Source of the DNA: Tubiluchus corallicola
Lineage: Eukaryota > Animalia > Priapulida
Length of the DNA stretch: 64,000 nt
Direction: 5' to 3'
NCBI GenBank assembly: GCA_030141605.1
Contig: JAQGDQ010000071.1
Location: 599,605 to 663,604 of the forward strand
Each line of letters opens with the position of its first letter. The first letter of the stretch is position 1. Below the pieces are notes generated by a model. It worked only from the letters and a program-made list of their open reading frames with translations. It was not told the origin of the DNA and did no database searches. Shown here one piece after another: positions 1-10,461 of the stretch. A program made the translations under genes and the position numbers.

Positions 1-392
1 GTGACTAAATGTTTAGCTTTCAAGAATTCTTGGGTAACCAGGTTAATTGCAGTGGCCAGGCGGGTCAAAGCAAACCATTAGGCTAGCATATTAGCATATG
101 ATAAACGTTCCTGCTTATAAACAAAACGGTACTTAACATGATTGTTTCTTATGTATATTATAGGACAAAAGCGAACTAAGATGATATAAAAGTCATAAAA
201 GCTTATTAATCATGGGAAAGTGTCTTATTGAATCATGTGAAGCAAAAATATTGATTCAATTATGCAGAGTTATTTAAGTCAATTACCGACAGTATTTATG
301 TACATTTCAATAGAAGTGGCCCGTACCAGGCGTTTTTGAGTCAATTAATTGATTGAGTCTATTAACCGTGAGTCAATTAAGTGCACCTACTG
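1..392. mobile_element. Right end of a Tc1/mariner/pogo-type MITE (partial)
   Basis: Ends ...gagtcaattaagtgcacctactg|ta, with repeated internal (gag)tcaatta motifs; left end not located. Confidence 0.45.
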
Positions 393-472
393 TATCAATT
401 TAATAACCCGCGCCTACAAAGTTATTAAAACAGAAAAGAAATATTAGCAAACTAATCAACTAAGGTGTTTAC

Positions 473-706
473 CGGACAAGTGCAATACATTCATTGCATG
501 GAATAAAGTTACATCTCTAGAAGCAGCAGCCGCGCTCATGTGCAGACTCGGCTGTTTGACCGTACTAGAACAATCTAAAGCACGAGCAAATGTTCCCACT
601 GACCGAGCAATGACCATAAACTGGTCAATTTGAATATCAGATAATGGATTCTCTGGCGTGTAAATAAGACTTTCCAGTTCAGACACAACACGATTGTCAG
701 ATTCAC
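473..706 (-). CDS. MTA1: MTA1-like coding exon 4 (ELM2 domain); gene continues beyond window start
   Basis: ttttag| acceptor; ...[46 protein letters not shown]...; G|gtaaac donor; 234 nt. Confidence 0.96.
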
Positions 707-731
707 CTAAAAACAGACAAACACATTAGTA

Positions 732-1461
732 CAGCAAGTCTTCACTTAACGACGCTAATGCACTCCAGCAAAATGTGACATTAAGCGAAACGTCGTTAAA
801 CGAAACCAAGACTTCCATGGAAAGTAATGTAAAAGAATTGAGATACGTTCCAGAAGCAAAAATCGATGCTGCTTAAATTGTATACATCAAATGTTTTATG
901 AGTTTTATTCATATTTCTACTGATTAATTGCCAGAAACCATCTATCTTTCTTACCAAAATCTAGCTAGACTGGATATGGGTCTATTGAAACCTGTATACA
1001 GACAGTTCACATTTAAACAATGCAAAGAGAAGGCCTAGCCCTGCATGAAGCCATCTTGAGGCAATTTCAGGAAGTATTAATCTGGTTGTTATAGCAACAA
1101 GTTGCACACAAAATTCCTTGGCATCAAGTTTAAACTCAGGTGTCTGGAGACTGGATCGGCAAATAGATCTTCATACAAGCGGCTAGAATTTAGTACGCAG
1201 ATAGTTGGGAACCAAAAGCATTATAATAATTACACTGTTTGGGTTACTAATGTGCTTTTAGAACAAAATTATGCAATTTGCATGGCTTTTATACTCCAAA
1301 TTAGGCAAAAAAAAGTTGTTGATAAAAAATGGTTGTCAGCAACTTAAAAAATCGTCTTTAAAACGAAACGTGTGTCGTTAAGTGAGAAAATGGTGTCAAA
1401 TGTTCAGCGGTGTTAAAACGAAACGTTGTTAAACGGGGAGTCGTTAAGCAAGGACTTGCTG
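732..1461. mobile_element. Tc1/mariner (Tigger/pogo-like) MITE
   Basis: TA|CAGCAAGTCTTCACTTAACGAC ... GTCGTTAAGCAAGGACTTGCTG|TA: ~22-bp TIRs and TA target duplication; related fragment near 8546. Confidence 0.85.
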
Positions 1462-2145
1462 TAAATGAGAACTGAAAAGATATGGCTTCAGAATAACAAG
1501 AAAGCTCTGAGGGCATTGTGTTCCGTGCAGATTGATTTGTGACATTTTGTTGCTATTTTCTCCCTTTCAAGTGCAAAAAGGAAAAGCTGACTAAATCACT
1601 GCACACGAAGCCATATCATAGTGCGATATCACGAACATTTCAGTGTTTTCTGAACTTAATCATGCGCTGAGTTGTCTGTATTTTTCAGATTAATGCAAAT
1701 ATATGTCATGTAAGCGAAGATCTTGGATAATCTATGACTTCATGCACCATTTTAATTCCTTTCTTTTTGCATTCAGTTGTCTCTGAAGTTTATACACTTG
1801 TCAAAGGCTCACTAAAACAATCTAGTAGAAAAAGCCTTCTGACTGCTTTTTTGCACTTTTTTTCTGAACTTTTTTAGTAAAAAACAGATCTGGCAATTGA
1901 TAAGCGCACAAAAGCAGATGAGTCAAAATATTTTAGAGTGAAGACAATGTTGCGAGGTGCAACAAACATAAAACATATTGCAATAAAACATCTCAGAAAT
2001 GTGTTCAATACCGATATTACGATTCTTGTTTTTAGGCTGGTAAATTATAAGAAATATTTACATCAATTGCAAAACACACATTGCTTGAATGTAACAACTG
2101 AAAAGCTTATTCTCACAAAAAGTAATTTATGTAACATTAAATTAC

Positions 2146-2356
2146 CTTCTCCAAGAAGGTTTTGTATCTCAGCTTGGAAGTTGCTCCCAACACGTATTTC
2201 TCCTTTATCAGCTAGCAAAGTTTTCTGCGTCGGATCATAGACTAATGAGTAGAAGAAAGCATCATCTCTGTCTAAGTAGCTGTTCAACGATTCAGTCTCA
2301 TTTAGTAAGGCAACCGAGCATTTACCTCTGATATGTGTGGCAGGGAGTGTTTCAAC
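2146..2356 (-). CDS. MTA1: MTA1-like coding exon 3 (BAH end, ELM2 start)
   Basis: tttag| acceptor; [13 protein letters not shown]...[33 protein letters not shown]; G|gtaat donor; 211 nt. Confidence 0.96.
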
Positions 2357-2833
2357 CTAAATACAAAATAAATTGTGATAAGCACAGTTTAGATTGTTGT
2401 AACTTGAGCTTGTTAACGAAGTTATATTGAAGTTCATTTCTGAACAAATTCTGAAAGTAAGCAATTAATCAAGTTAAGCATTTTATCATTACTAGGGTTC
2501 AATCAAAAAATGCTTCTTAATAGTGTTTCCATGGGTACAATGCACCCAAGTAATTCATCACATTGTTTACTACCAGTGCCTGATAGTTCTACCCAATTCA
2601 CACAATGAAAATGCAAACGTTATTGTTAAGACGATATTGATCATTTAAGAATTTAAAATATAAAGGCCACCTTCTGCTGCACACTTCTGCAGTAACAGAC
2701 AATTAACTGCTGCCTTGGCAGTGCCCAAGGCTAACAGCCAGATGACAGATGACGCCACTTTTGACATAGAGGTGACTTACAAAAAACAATTCATTACGAT
2801 GAGGCTAACTATCCAAATAAAACTATTTATTAA

Positions 2834-3368
2834 AGGAAAAGCTGATGATTGTTTAGACTCAATCTCATTTTAATTTACTGTCCAAAATATAAATTTTCTT
2901 GCCAATGAAAGTTAGCAATTGTCTCTTATATTTGAATAATAAGCTTAGAAAGTTAATTAATGGCAACCAAACACAACTATTGCTTACGTCAGAAACTAAT
3001 CACAGTTTGGGCAATGGCAGGTATCTTCCCTTGCGTGTCAAGCACATTTACAGTGTTATAGTACTGCGATGTCACGAAAATGGGCTCTATGTCATATGAC
3101 GTCAGAAACTAACACTGCAGTTCATGATCATGGTTGTCACGGTAACGCCTTCTATTTGGCGGTCACATGCATGTGACAAAAAGGCGCTGTTGCCAATCTT
3201 AGTAGATTCACTGAGCCGTGCATAGCTTTGAAAGTTTAACAAAATTTGAGTATCCAAGGCAATTATTATTTAATCTCAGCTTTGATTTAAGAAAAGCTAT
3301 TATAGTTTTCAATATTTTAGAGCACACTTTATTCTGAACTAATGTTTACCCAATCGTCCGGTTTTCCT
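2834..3368. mobile_element. Kolobok/T2-type MITE, copy 1
   Basis: TTAA|AGGAAAAGCTGATGATTG ... CAATCGTCCGGTTTTCCT|TTAA; colinear with the copy at 62641-63195. Confidence 0.88.
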
Positions 3369-3788
3369 TTAACAATTAAAAACCTATTTCACATCACTAA
3401 CAATGATATGAATACTCGGATTTTTTAGTTTAACAACACACAAAAAGGATAATATTGATTATTTCATTCCCCTAGCCTCTACAAGTATTAATAGACCTCA
3501 GCACAGTACCTAGGCTGACATATCTGACTCACTGATAAAAGCGTGTAATTAAGTAGTTCAGGAGTCTGACAGAATAAAACAGCCAAATATGGCATGAAGC
3601 AAAACATTAACTTTCGTGAGTTTCAGCTCACGAGTTGTCCCTCAGCATGCAATAAATGAATGCTTGTTGTTAATGTAACAGTGCAGTTAGTTGACATATA
3701 CCAACGTTGCTTTTATTTTAATAATATAAATGACTTTAATTTCTTCACTGCTGTTGTATCTTAACAATTGTGCACCCAGGTACCCGAC

Positions 3789-4330
3789 AATAATAATAAT
3801 AATAATAATAATAATAGTAATTTTATCTTCCTCCATAAATATACAATGATTTGACAATAAAATACACAAAAATACAAACGAACATAGGAAAAAGGGTGGC
3901 GAAAAACCAAAGGTTATCGAGTCAACCACCCTTCTCAAAGGACAGTAAACAAAAGGATGCTAATGACACTAGACACAACTATATTAAAAAATACATAAAC
4001 GTGCAGAAATACAAAAACAAAAATACAACAGCAAAAAAAATCAAAAACCAAAAACCATGACAAATTTGCAAACTACTAAGCAACTCATAGAAAGTGAGTT
4101 TGCACCTTATAAAAAATGTTTTTTATAAGGTGTAAGGAAAATGGTATCGGTGTTAGATTTCTTCTGCACTTGTAAACACTACTTCCTAATATTACATTTT
4201 GATACTAAGACCTTACACAAAGTTAATTCCTGAGAAATTATGAACAGATTCAGTAAAACTAAGTGGTTGGAACAAACCTGTAAACATGAAAACTGTGAAA
4301 GCATTAAAAATAGATAAAACTGTTTTGATA
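3789..4330 (-). mobile_element. 3' end of an L2/Crack-like LINE
   Basis: Minus strand: degenerate ORF2-like end, 3' UTR stem-loop AAGGGTGG...ACTCGATAACC...CCACCCTT and (ATT)n tail at 3789-3815. Confidence 0.55.
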
Positions 4331-4417
4331 AAAATGCTAATCTACTACTATAACACATCTTAACTGCATAAATAATAAATACACAGCTAAATAATAAAAA
4401 AATTGACAATTGCTTAC

Positions 4418-4587
4418 CTGTCGGGAAAGAAAAAGTTCGCGATGCCGCAACTGATGGCTCTGTTTTTCAGACAGTTTATCATCATGCTCTTCTTCAAGAG
4501 CACTCTGATGTTTATCTGCCAGCATAAGCAGGCCTCCGGATATGTCCCGACGTCGATAAAAGCACATAACTTTAGCTTCAACATTTC
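4418..4587 (-). CDS. MTA1: MTA1-like coding exon 2 (BAH domain)
   Basis: ttttgcag| acceptor; (G)[26 protein letters not shown]...[11 protein letters not shown]; CAG|gtaagc donor; phase consistent. Confidence 0.96.
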
Positions 4588-4703
4588 CTGCAAAAACAGG
4601 TTGAGTAGCCAGTATAGCAACAATAACTTGGGCATATTTTCTACGTGCTTATCAGTGTGCAAGGATACATGCAGGAAATATTTTAAAAAAGTGTTCTACT
4701 TGC

Positions 4704-4809
4704 CCGTTTGTGTTTTATTAAGTTCTTCTATTCTGCGAATGAGGAATGGCGATGTTGAGGACGTCTCGAAGAAAACGTAATCGCCGACTCGATACATGTT
4801 TGCTGCCAT
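4704..4809 (-). CDS. MTA1: MTA1-like metastasis-associated protein (NuRD subunit), coding exon 1 (BAH domain start)
   Basis: Translates [35 protein letters not shown]+G, near-identical to the MTA-family N-terminus; 106 nt, ends at a non-canonical donor G|GCAAGT. Confidence 0.95.
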
Positions 4810-5618
4810 GTTGCTTGTTGTTCACGAGCTGCAATAACATTCAACATAGGTGTAGTAGCAGCCTGAGTAATAGCCTAATATGTCGTTCGAGAAACCCAGT
4901 GAAATGATTTGCTTAACCTATAGTTGAATTTCATTTTGGGAAAGAAGACAAAGCTCAGCAAAGTAATCACTTATAATGCACTGATTTATAAAACTAAAAT
5001 TTTCAAATTTTTCTTTTTCAATTTTATTTTAAAGTATTGCCTATATTATGACAGATCATAAGCTATTGCTGAACTGCACGTAATACATAGGAAAGATTTA
5101 TGCAGAAGTGAAAAGCGGATACGAAGCAAACTTAAAACAGAAAATGATCAGTGAAGTGACATATAGCAGGCCAGCACGACCCATCATTGGTGCAAGTTCG
5201 ATGAAAGCCAACGATGCTGAAGGACTCGTCTCCAGTAATCTCACCGTTCATAGTCAGCTTTTATGTTCATGTAAATTATTTCATTTTAATGTGCGAATAA
5301 AAAATTGAATTGAATTGTACAATAGGAGTAGCTTAACCAACGATGAATTACGGATGTGGAAAAGTTACAAGTGAGAACATTAATATTATAGACGCAAATT
5401 AAATGAAATTAAAATGCATAACAATATGGTTACCAGCGTGTAATTAAGTGTAGCTTTTCCTCTTACAAATAAGGAAAATGCAAATAAAATCGCAGTCTCA
5501 CAAAAACTTTTTGTTAACACATTTCTTTATGAAAATTCTATATTAAGAAACAAGAGAACATTCAAAAAAACTGTTCACTTATTGAAGCCGAAGCGCATTG
5601 TGGGAATTTGTTTACAAG
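4810..5618. promoter_or_regulatory. Putative bidirectional promoter between the MTA1-like and SRPBCC genes
   Basis: Divergent start codons 810 bp apart; Staf/ZNF143-like motif at 5589-5606. Confidence 0.6.
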
Positions 5619-5623
5619 ATGGA
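5619..5623 (+). CDS. Uncharacterised SRPBCC-domain membrane protein, coding exon 1 (ATG GA)
   Basis: acaagATGGA|gtaagc; the 5-nt coding part joins in phase to the acceptor at 5933 giving MDSVDDSG... Confidence 0.7.
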
Positions 5624-5933
5624 GTAAGCGGTTACTATGTTTTTATCTCATCTATCCTGTTATAGATTTTTATTTTATAGCAAATAAATTGCATGACAGT
5701 TTGTTACTTTTTACACGTTTTATTGTTGCATGACCGTCAGTTTGTTATGAGCAACATTTTAAGAGTAAACAGACTGATTCGAATACACTTACTATGACCT
5801 ACAATACTGGTTTTGCTTTGGCTTGGAGTAGTACCGTACAATCGTAGCAGCAGTAATACTGCAAGCGTAAAGCCCTGAGCTTGTGTGTGACACTAATAAG
5901 TATTTTATTTAATAATTGCACAACTTATTGTAG

Positions 5934-6308
5934 TTCAGTAGATGACTCTGGGTTAGGAGATCAGCTAAAAATTGTAAAGAATAATTGTCGTGGAAGCGCA
6001 TGTGGTGATGCAGAGAATATCCACAAAACTGAAAACATGGTTGCTGTTGAGGAAAAAAATGATAACTGCGGAAAGCATTTCGAAAGCAAGAACAGTGAAG
6101 AGAAGAAAACCAGTGACATAAAAAGTCAACCAAAAGCAGAGAATATGAATGATGAAGAAGAGCATAAGAAGTCAAAAGTGGAACCAAAAGATTGTGAGGA
6201 TACAAAATCAGACAACTTGAAAGAAGCCACTGAGAATGACGAAGTACTATACGAAACGGCTGATGACAACGAAGTGCATTTGAAAAAATCATGGAAGGAG
6301 GGATACTT
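5934..6308 (+). CDS. SRPBCC-domain membrane protein, exon 2 (acidic/Lys-rich disordered region)
   Basis: ttattgtag| acceptor; open E/K/D-rich frame (DSVDDSGLGDQLK...ENDEVLYETADDNEVHLKKSWKEGY); TT|gtatgt donor in phase with the next exon. Confidence 0.8.
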
Positions 6309-7433
6309 GTATGTAATTTGCAGCTAAATTTCAGATAATGAAAATTTGTATACACCTTATATTTTATATAAACATTCACTTTCTTCATTTAGAAATTAGG
6401 GTTTTAATCAATATGCATATGTGGCTGCACTTTTTTTAAAGTCTACGTAGAACTCTGTCTTACCTTAACTTGAGTTGCCTGTGATATTCATTAACGTCCA
6501 CAAATCAGTGAAGTCACTCCAGTACTTTTTTATTGTGGTATCGAGTAACAGCACTTGTTTATTTTTACACACTACAAGAACTTCTGAACTAGTCAGTCCA
6601 GTTTGTACGGACCTGTCAGCCTCAAGATGCAGCAAATCTGGATATTTCTCAAAGGGTTAAAAAGCCTGTATGTTTCTTAAAAAAGCCCGGACTCTTTGTA
6701 CTCCAGATTTTTTTGACATCCACTTGTTAAAAAAGTGAAGCTACCACATCATAGATTATATTTAAGATCAATAATAACTTGGCCATTCCAAAATTTTTGA
6801 ATCATAATATCCTGTTCAAAAAAATTGACTGGGCACTGATTGCAATAAAATGAGACAGTTTTTGGGTTCTTTTCATTGTGAAATGAGCTTATTTAAGTTA
6901 TTACAGGCTGCTCAGATGTGGCGGCATTCTAAACTACTTTGTGAAAGAAAAATTTGGTATTTTTTAGTTTTAATTAGTATAGCTGGTGGCCAAATTCTGC
7001 ATAATGTGTACTGCATTTTTCTTTATTTTTTGATAATAGGTATTATATTAATTGTTTCAATGCAGCAGAGAAATTAGCTAAAACTTCATAGCGTAGTGCT
7101 GTGTATTTTGTTTAGCATGGACCAGTTTTCGCAAATTTTAATTTTTGCCTGTCAATTATCATTAAAAACAAAACTTAGTGGAATTTGCAGGGCTTGAAAA
7201 GATCTACAAAATGGTATAAAGTTTGTATGTTTAGCGCATTTTCAAAAAAAGTACAGTCAAAGAGTGGACATTTTTGCATAGTTACTAATGCCATATTTAA
7301 TCAAGGTTGGTTTCACTACATTATGTGAAAAATTTGTGACTATTTTATAAACTGCAGCTCTAGACTCCTATGTAGAGCTTTTTGTATACTTGACGAGAAC
7401 TTTCGACCAAGTAAACAACTGATACCTTTTCAG

Positions 7434-7608
7434 AAAAATGCCAAGTTGGAAGTTTGTTGTTCCCAGCTGTATTATTGTTGCTGTCATGGCCGTCCTCGCA
7501 CAAATCGAGTTTCCAACACAACTAATCCTGCTGGAAAAAACAGTAGCACTACCTGCAACTATTGATGAGGTATTTAACATGGTTTCCGATCTTGAAAAGT
7601 TGCCTGAG
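7434..7608 (+). CDS. SRPBCC-domain membrane protein, exon 3 (hydrophobic helix + SRPBCC start)
   Basis: ccttttcag| acceptor; KMPSWKFVVPSCIIVAVMAVLAQ...LEKTVALPATIDEVFNMVSDLEKLPE; GAG|gtttgt donor. Confidence 0.88.
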
Positions 7609-8100
7609 GTTTGTATCAATCTGTTAACTTTGTCAATCTGAAATAAACGTTTATTAATCGTAAAGGAGTTAATCAATTTACAAACATTACATTGCTTTAT
7701 CTTGTATATGCCAAGCTGTTTGTTTTTGTGAACTCTCTTTCTAATGTCATGGTCTAGTTTTTATAAAAGGTTTAAGGTTTACATTAATGCTCTTGATAAT
7801 AAAAAGCTCTATGAAACTACTTATACTGGTAGCATAGTTCTAATGGAATATCATAGACTTTAAGGATTATCATAGACTCACTGATTGTTTGTTTAAAAGC
7901 TACTGTAATGCTTGTATCACGCAAGACTCTTGCATTATTTGAGTGTAACATTTACAATAACACCTGCGTCATGTTGAATATTTTATTCTTCCGGTGGCTG
8001 CCACATTTACGACCTTACAGATTTTTTGTGGCAGTCTCCTTGACATGTCGTTACATTGTATACGTAATATTTTACATCGAATATTGTAAAAATAAATTGT

Positions 8101-8116
8101 CTACTATTACTACTAT

Positions 8117-8203
<87 letters not shown>

Positions 8204-8238
8204 CACTACCACTACCACTACCACTACCACTACTACTA
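8101..8238. repeat. (ACT)n/(ACC)n trinucleotide microsatellite
   Basis: Read directly; lies in intron 3 of the SRPBCC gene. Confidence 0.98.
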
Positions 8239-8311
8239 ATGTGATGTAGAATTACTTATATAACCACTTTCCAAGAAACTGACAGTTTAATGTGCTATAT
8301 TTCTATTTTAG

Positions 8312-8405
8312 TGGATGCCTGAAGCTGGAATGGTAATAGCGCAAGATAGCCTACCCATAGGCAAAGAAAAAACGTATAGTATCATTACTTCGGCACCAAT
8401 CGGAC
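8312..8405 (+). CDS. SRPBCC-domain membrane protein, exon 4
   Basis: tattttag| acceptor; WMPEAGMVIAQDSLPIGKEKTYSIITSAPIG completes the SD.E.LPEW.P motif typical of SRPBCC; C|gtacgt donor. Confidence 0.85.
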
Positions 8406-9491
8406 GTACGTTGTGATTGTTTGCATTAAATTTTCATGGGTCACTTGACCACTTTTTAGTTTATTTTCATATATTCACTAATAGTAGTTACATAACTCTT
8501 TTCAGCAAGGTGTTAAAATTTAGTATGACATTTTCTCATTGAAATATAGCAAGTCCTCACTTAACATCAGGAATTGATTTAGTAAAGTATATAGTATCAA
8601 CAAAATTGTTGTCAAGTGAAGCCATACTGTCAGGGGAATTAGTATTAATACATGGAAGATTGGATGTGTATAAGTCTTGATAGTTTGTGAGCTTCATTAC
8701 TTACATTTACACAGACTATTTCTGGAATACTAATTGCAGTAACTGGCGATTACCCCATTTGAATAAAATTTGGGTTATTTTGTGGCAGTTTCTTGTAGCG
8801 CAGTGTAATAAATTATTGACTTGAATTTCAAGAATAGTTTATAATTTAGGTATTACTGTTGTAGATTCCTTTGTTGTGCACTGTTCACTTATGATGTTTT
8901 ATCTTTTCCTCAGCCTAAAATGCAAACAAGATGACTGTAGCCTATACATATACCCTAAAAGGCAATGCCTTCTTTATGCGACAGTTTCATCATGCATCAT
9001 CATATCATTTGTAAGAGGGGGGGGAAGCATCCGCCGCCCTCCCAGAAGAGAACTCCCAAGTACAGAACATTTGTAGTTCCTAGTCACATGAAAAACCAAA
9101 TTAGGTGCACTCTGCAAGCAGCTAGATTTTAACTGTGTTCCCCTGCATGATTTTGCATTTTAGCTGATTGAGTTTGCCAAAAGTATCTTGGCACTCTAAG
9201 TAACAAAGCTGGCAGCCAAGTGTGTTGCGTGAATCAGCAACCAACAGTTCGCATGCTTAAACAGTATTTCTGTTATTAGAACATCAAAACCTAAGATGAT
9301 AATTTTAATCCCTAGATGTTTCTTTGTAAGTGTAAATATGTGCTGTGCCTCGAGTTCTTTTCTAAGTAGTGTGAAATGGGAATTACTTGCTATTCAAACT
9401 GAGGATTTTCCTTTGTTAAAACCAAATTACAACCATCGAATTTTCAAGAACTTGAGTCTGAAATTATTAACTATATGTTTTTTTAATGCAG

Positions 9492-9682
9492 CTGGTTTTC
9501 GTTCCTATGCAAAAATCAGAAAGTTTAAAGCACTTGAGCATATCGAGTACGTTATAGAGTCACTGATTTTTCCTCGTCGAATCACTTTTGATTTCAACAC
9601 TGAAAAAGATTCAACCCTTAAAAGAAACCTGACCCGATTAACAGTAAAGATGGATGTCGGAAAGATGAGCTATCTTTATCGG
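9492..9682 (+). CDS. SRPBCC-domain membrane protein, exon 5
   Basis: ttttaatgcag| acceptor; PGFRSYAKIRKFKALEHIEYVIESLIFPRRITFDF...TRLTVKMDVGKMSYLYR; CGG|gtgagt donor; phase consistent. Confidence 0.87.
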
Positions 9683-10062
9683 GTGAGTGTACGCATTGAT
9701 GGTACATGTTAGTAGTTTTCCTTTCGTCTCCTAGAATTATATTTTTTTATGTTTTAATGCAGTTGCCACTCTACAAGCCAAGATCCTGGACTCACCTGCT
9801 GTGCTGATGGTTGTGGCTGGACTGAAACATAGCTCATTGTCTAGGATAATCTTCTGATGTGAGACACTAAAGTGGCAAATGTATCTTTTCTCAGATTCAC
9901 CTACAATCTTCTTTAAACTGCCAGCATTCTAAAGACTGATGACAATGTGGCAAGTTAAACTTCCCAGAAGCTGTATTCTAGTGATCACCCAGCCATTTGC
10001 TAACCAGGTCTAGCAGTACTTACCTTGCAATCGTTGTATTAATTTTGCAACTTTTTTTATAG

Positions 10063-10146
10063 TACACTATTCATCCCTGCCTGTCATTTGTTGCTGGTAA
10101 TTCAGTGCGTAATGGATTATTCCGATTACTGTGGACATTTCAATGA
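10063..10146 (+). CDS. SRPBCC-domain membrane protein, terminal exon 6
   Basis: ctttttttatag| acceptor; YTIHPCLSFVAGNSVRNGLFRLLWTFQ-TGA, amphipathic C-terminal helix as expected for the helix-grip fold; total CDS 924 nt = 307 aa. Confidence 0.78.
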   Translation, partial: YTIHPCLSFVAGNSVRNGLFRLLWTFQ

Positions 10147-10461
10147 CAACTGGAGGACGGGGAAGGTGGAGACTATGTGCAAGAAGACATCTTTCTTGCT
10201 CAAAAGCAATAGACGTGCTGCATTGAATCATTGTTATAATACAAAATCCAGTATCATGGTTTTCAAGTGACTTCTCACAATATTTCAAAACAAGAATTGT
10301 TTGCTTTATCCAAATTTTTATCAGATTGGAAATATAGGCAGCTTAAATGGGCAGAGCTTTAAGAAATCTGATAAAGTGCAGTACAACACGAAAATATGAA
10401 CTGCTTATAACCGCTCAACTGCAAAATAACGCAGTTCTTTGAGATTACATCTCCACTGATG

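Noticed and set aside
5909-6388. 159-aa minus-strand ORF, plus antisense ORFs at 4403-4780, 7368-7676 and 54641-54847
   Set aside because: Antisense shadows of real exons on the opposite strand
7908-8249. Poly-Thr mucin-like ORF
   Set aside because: Translation of the (ACT)n microsatellite inside intron 3 of the SRPBCC gene
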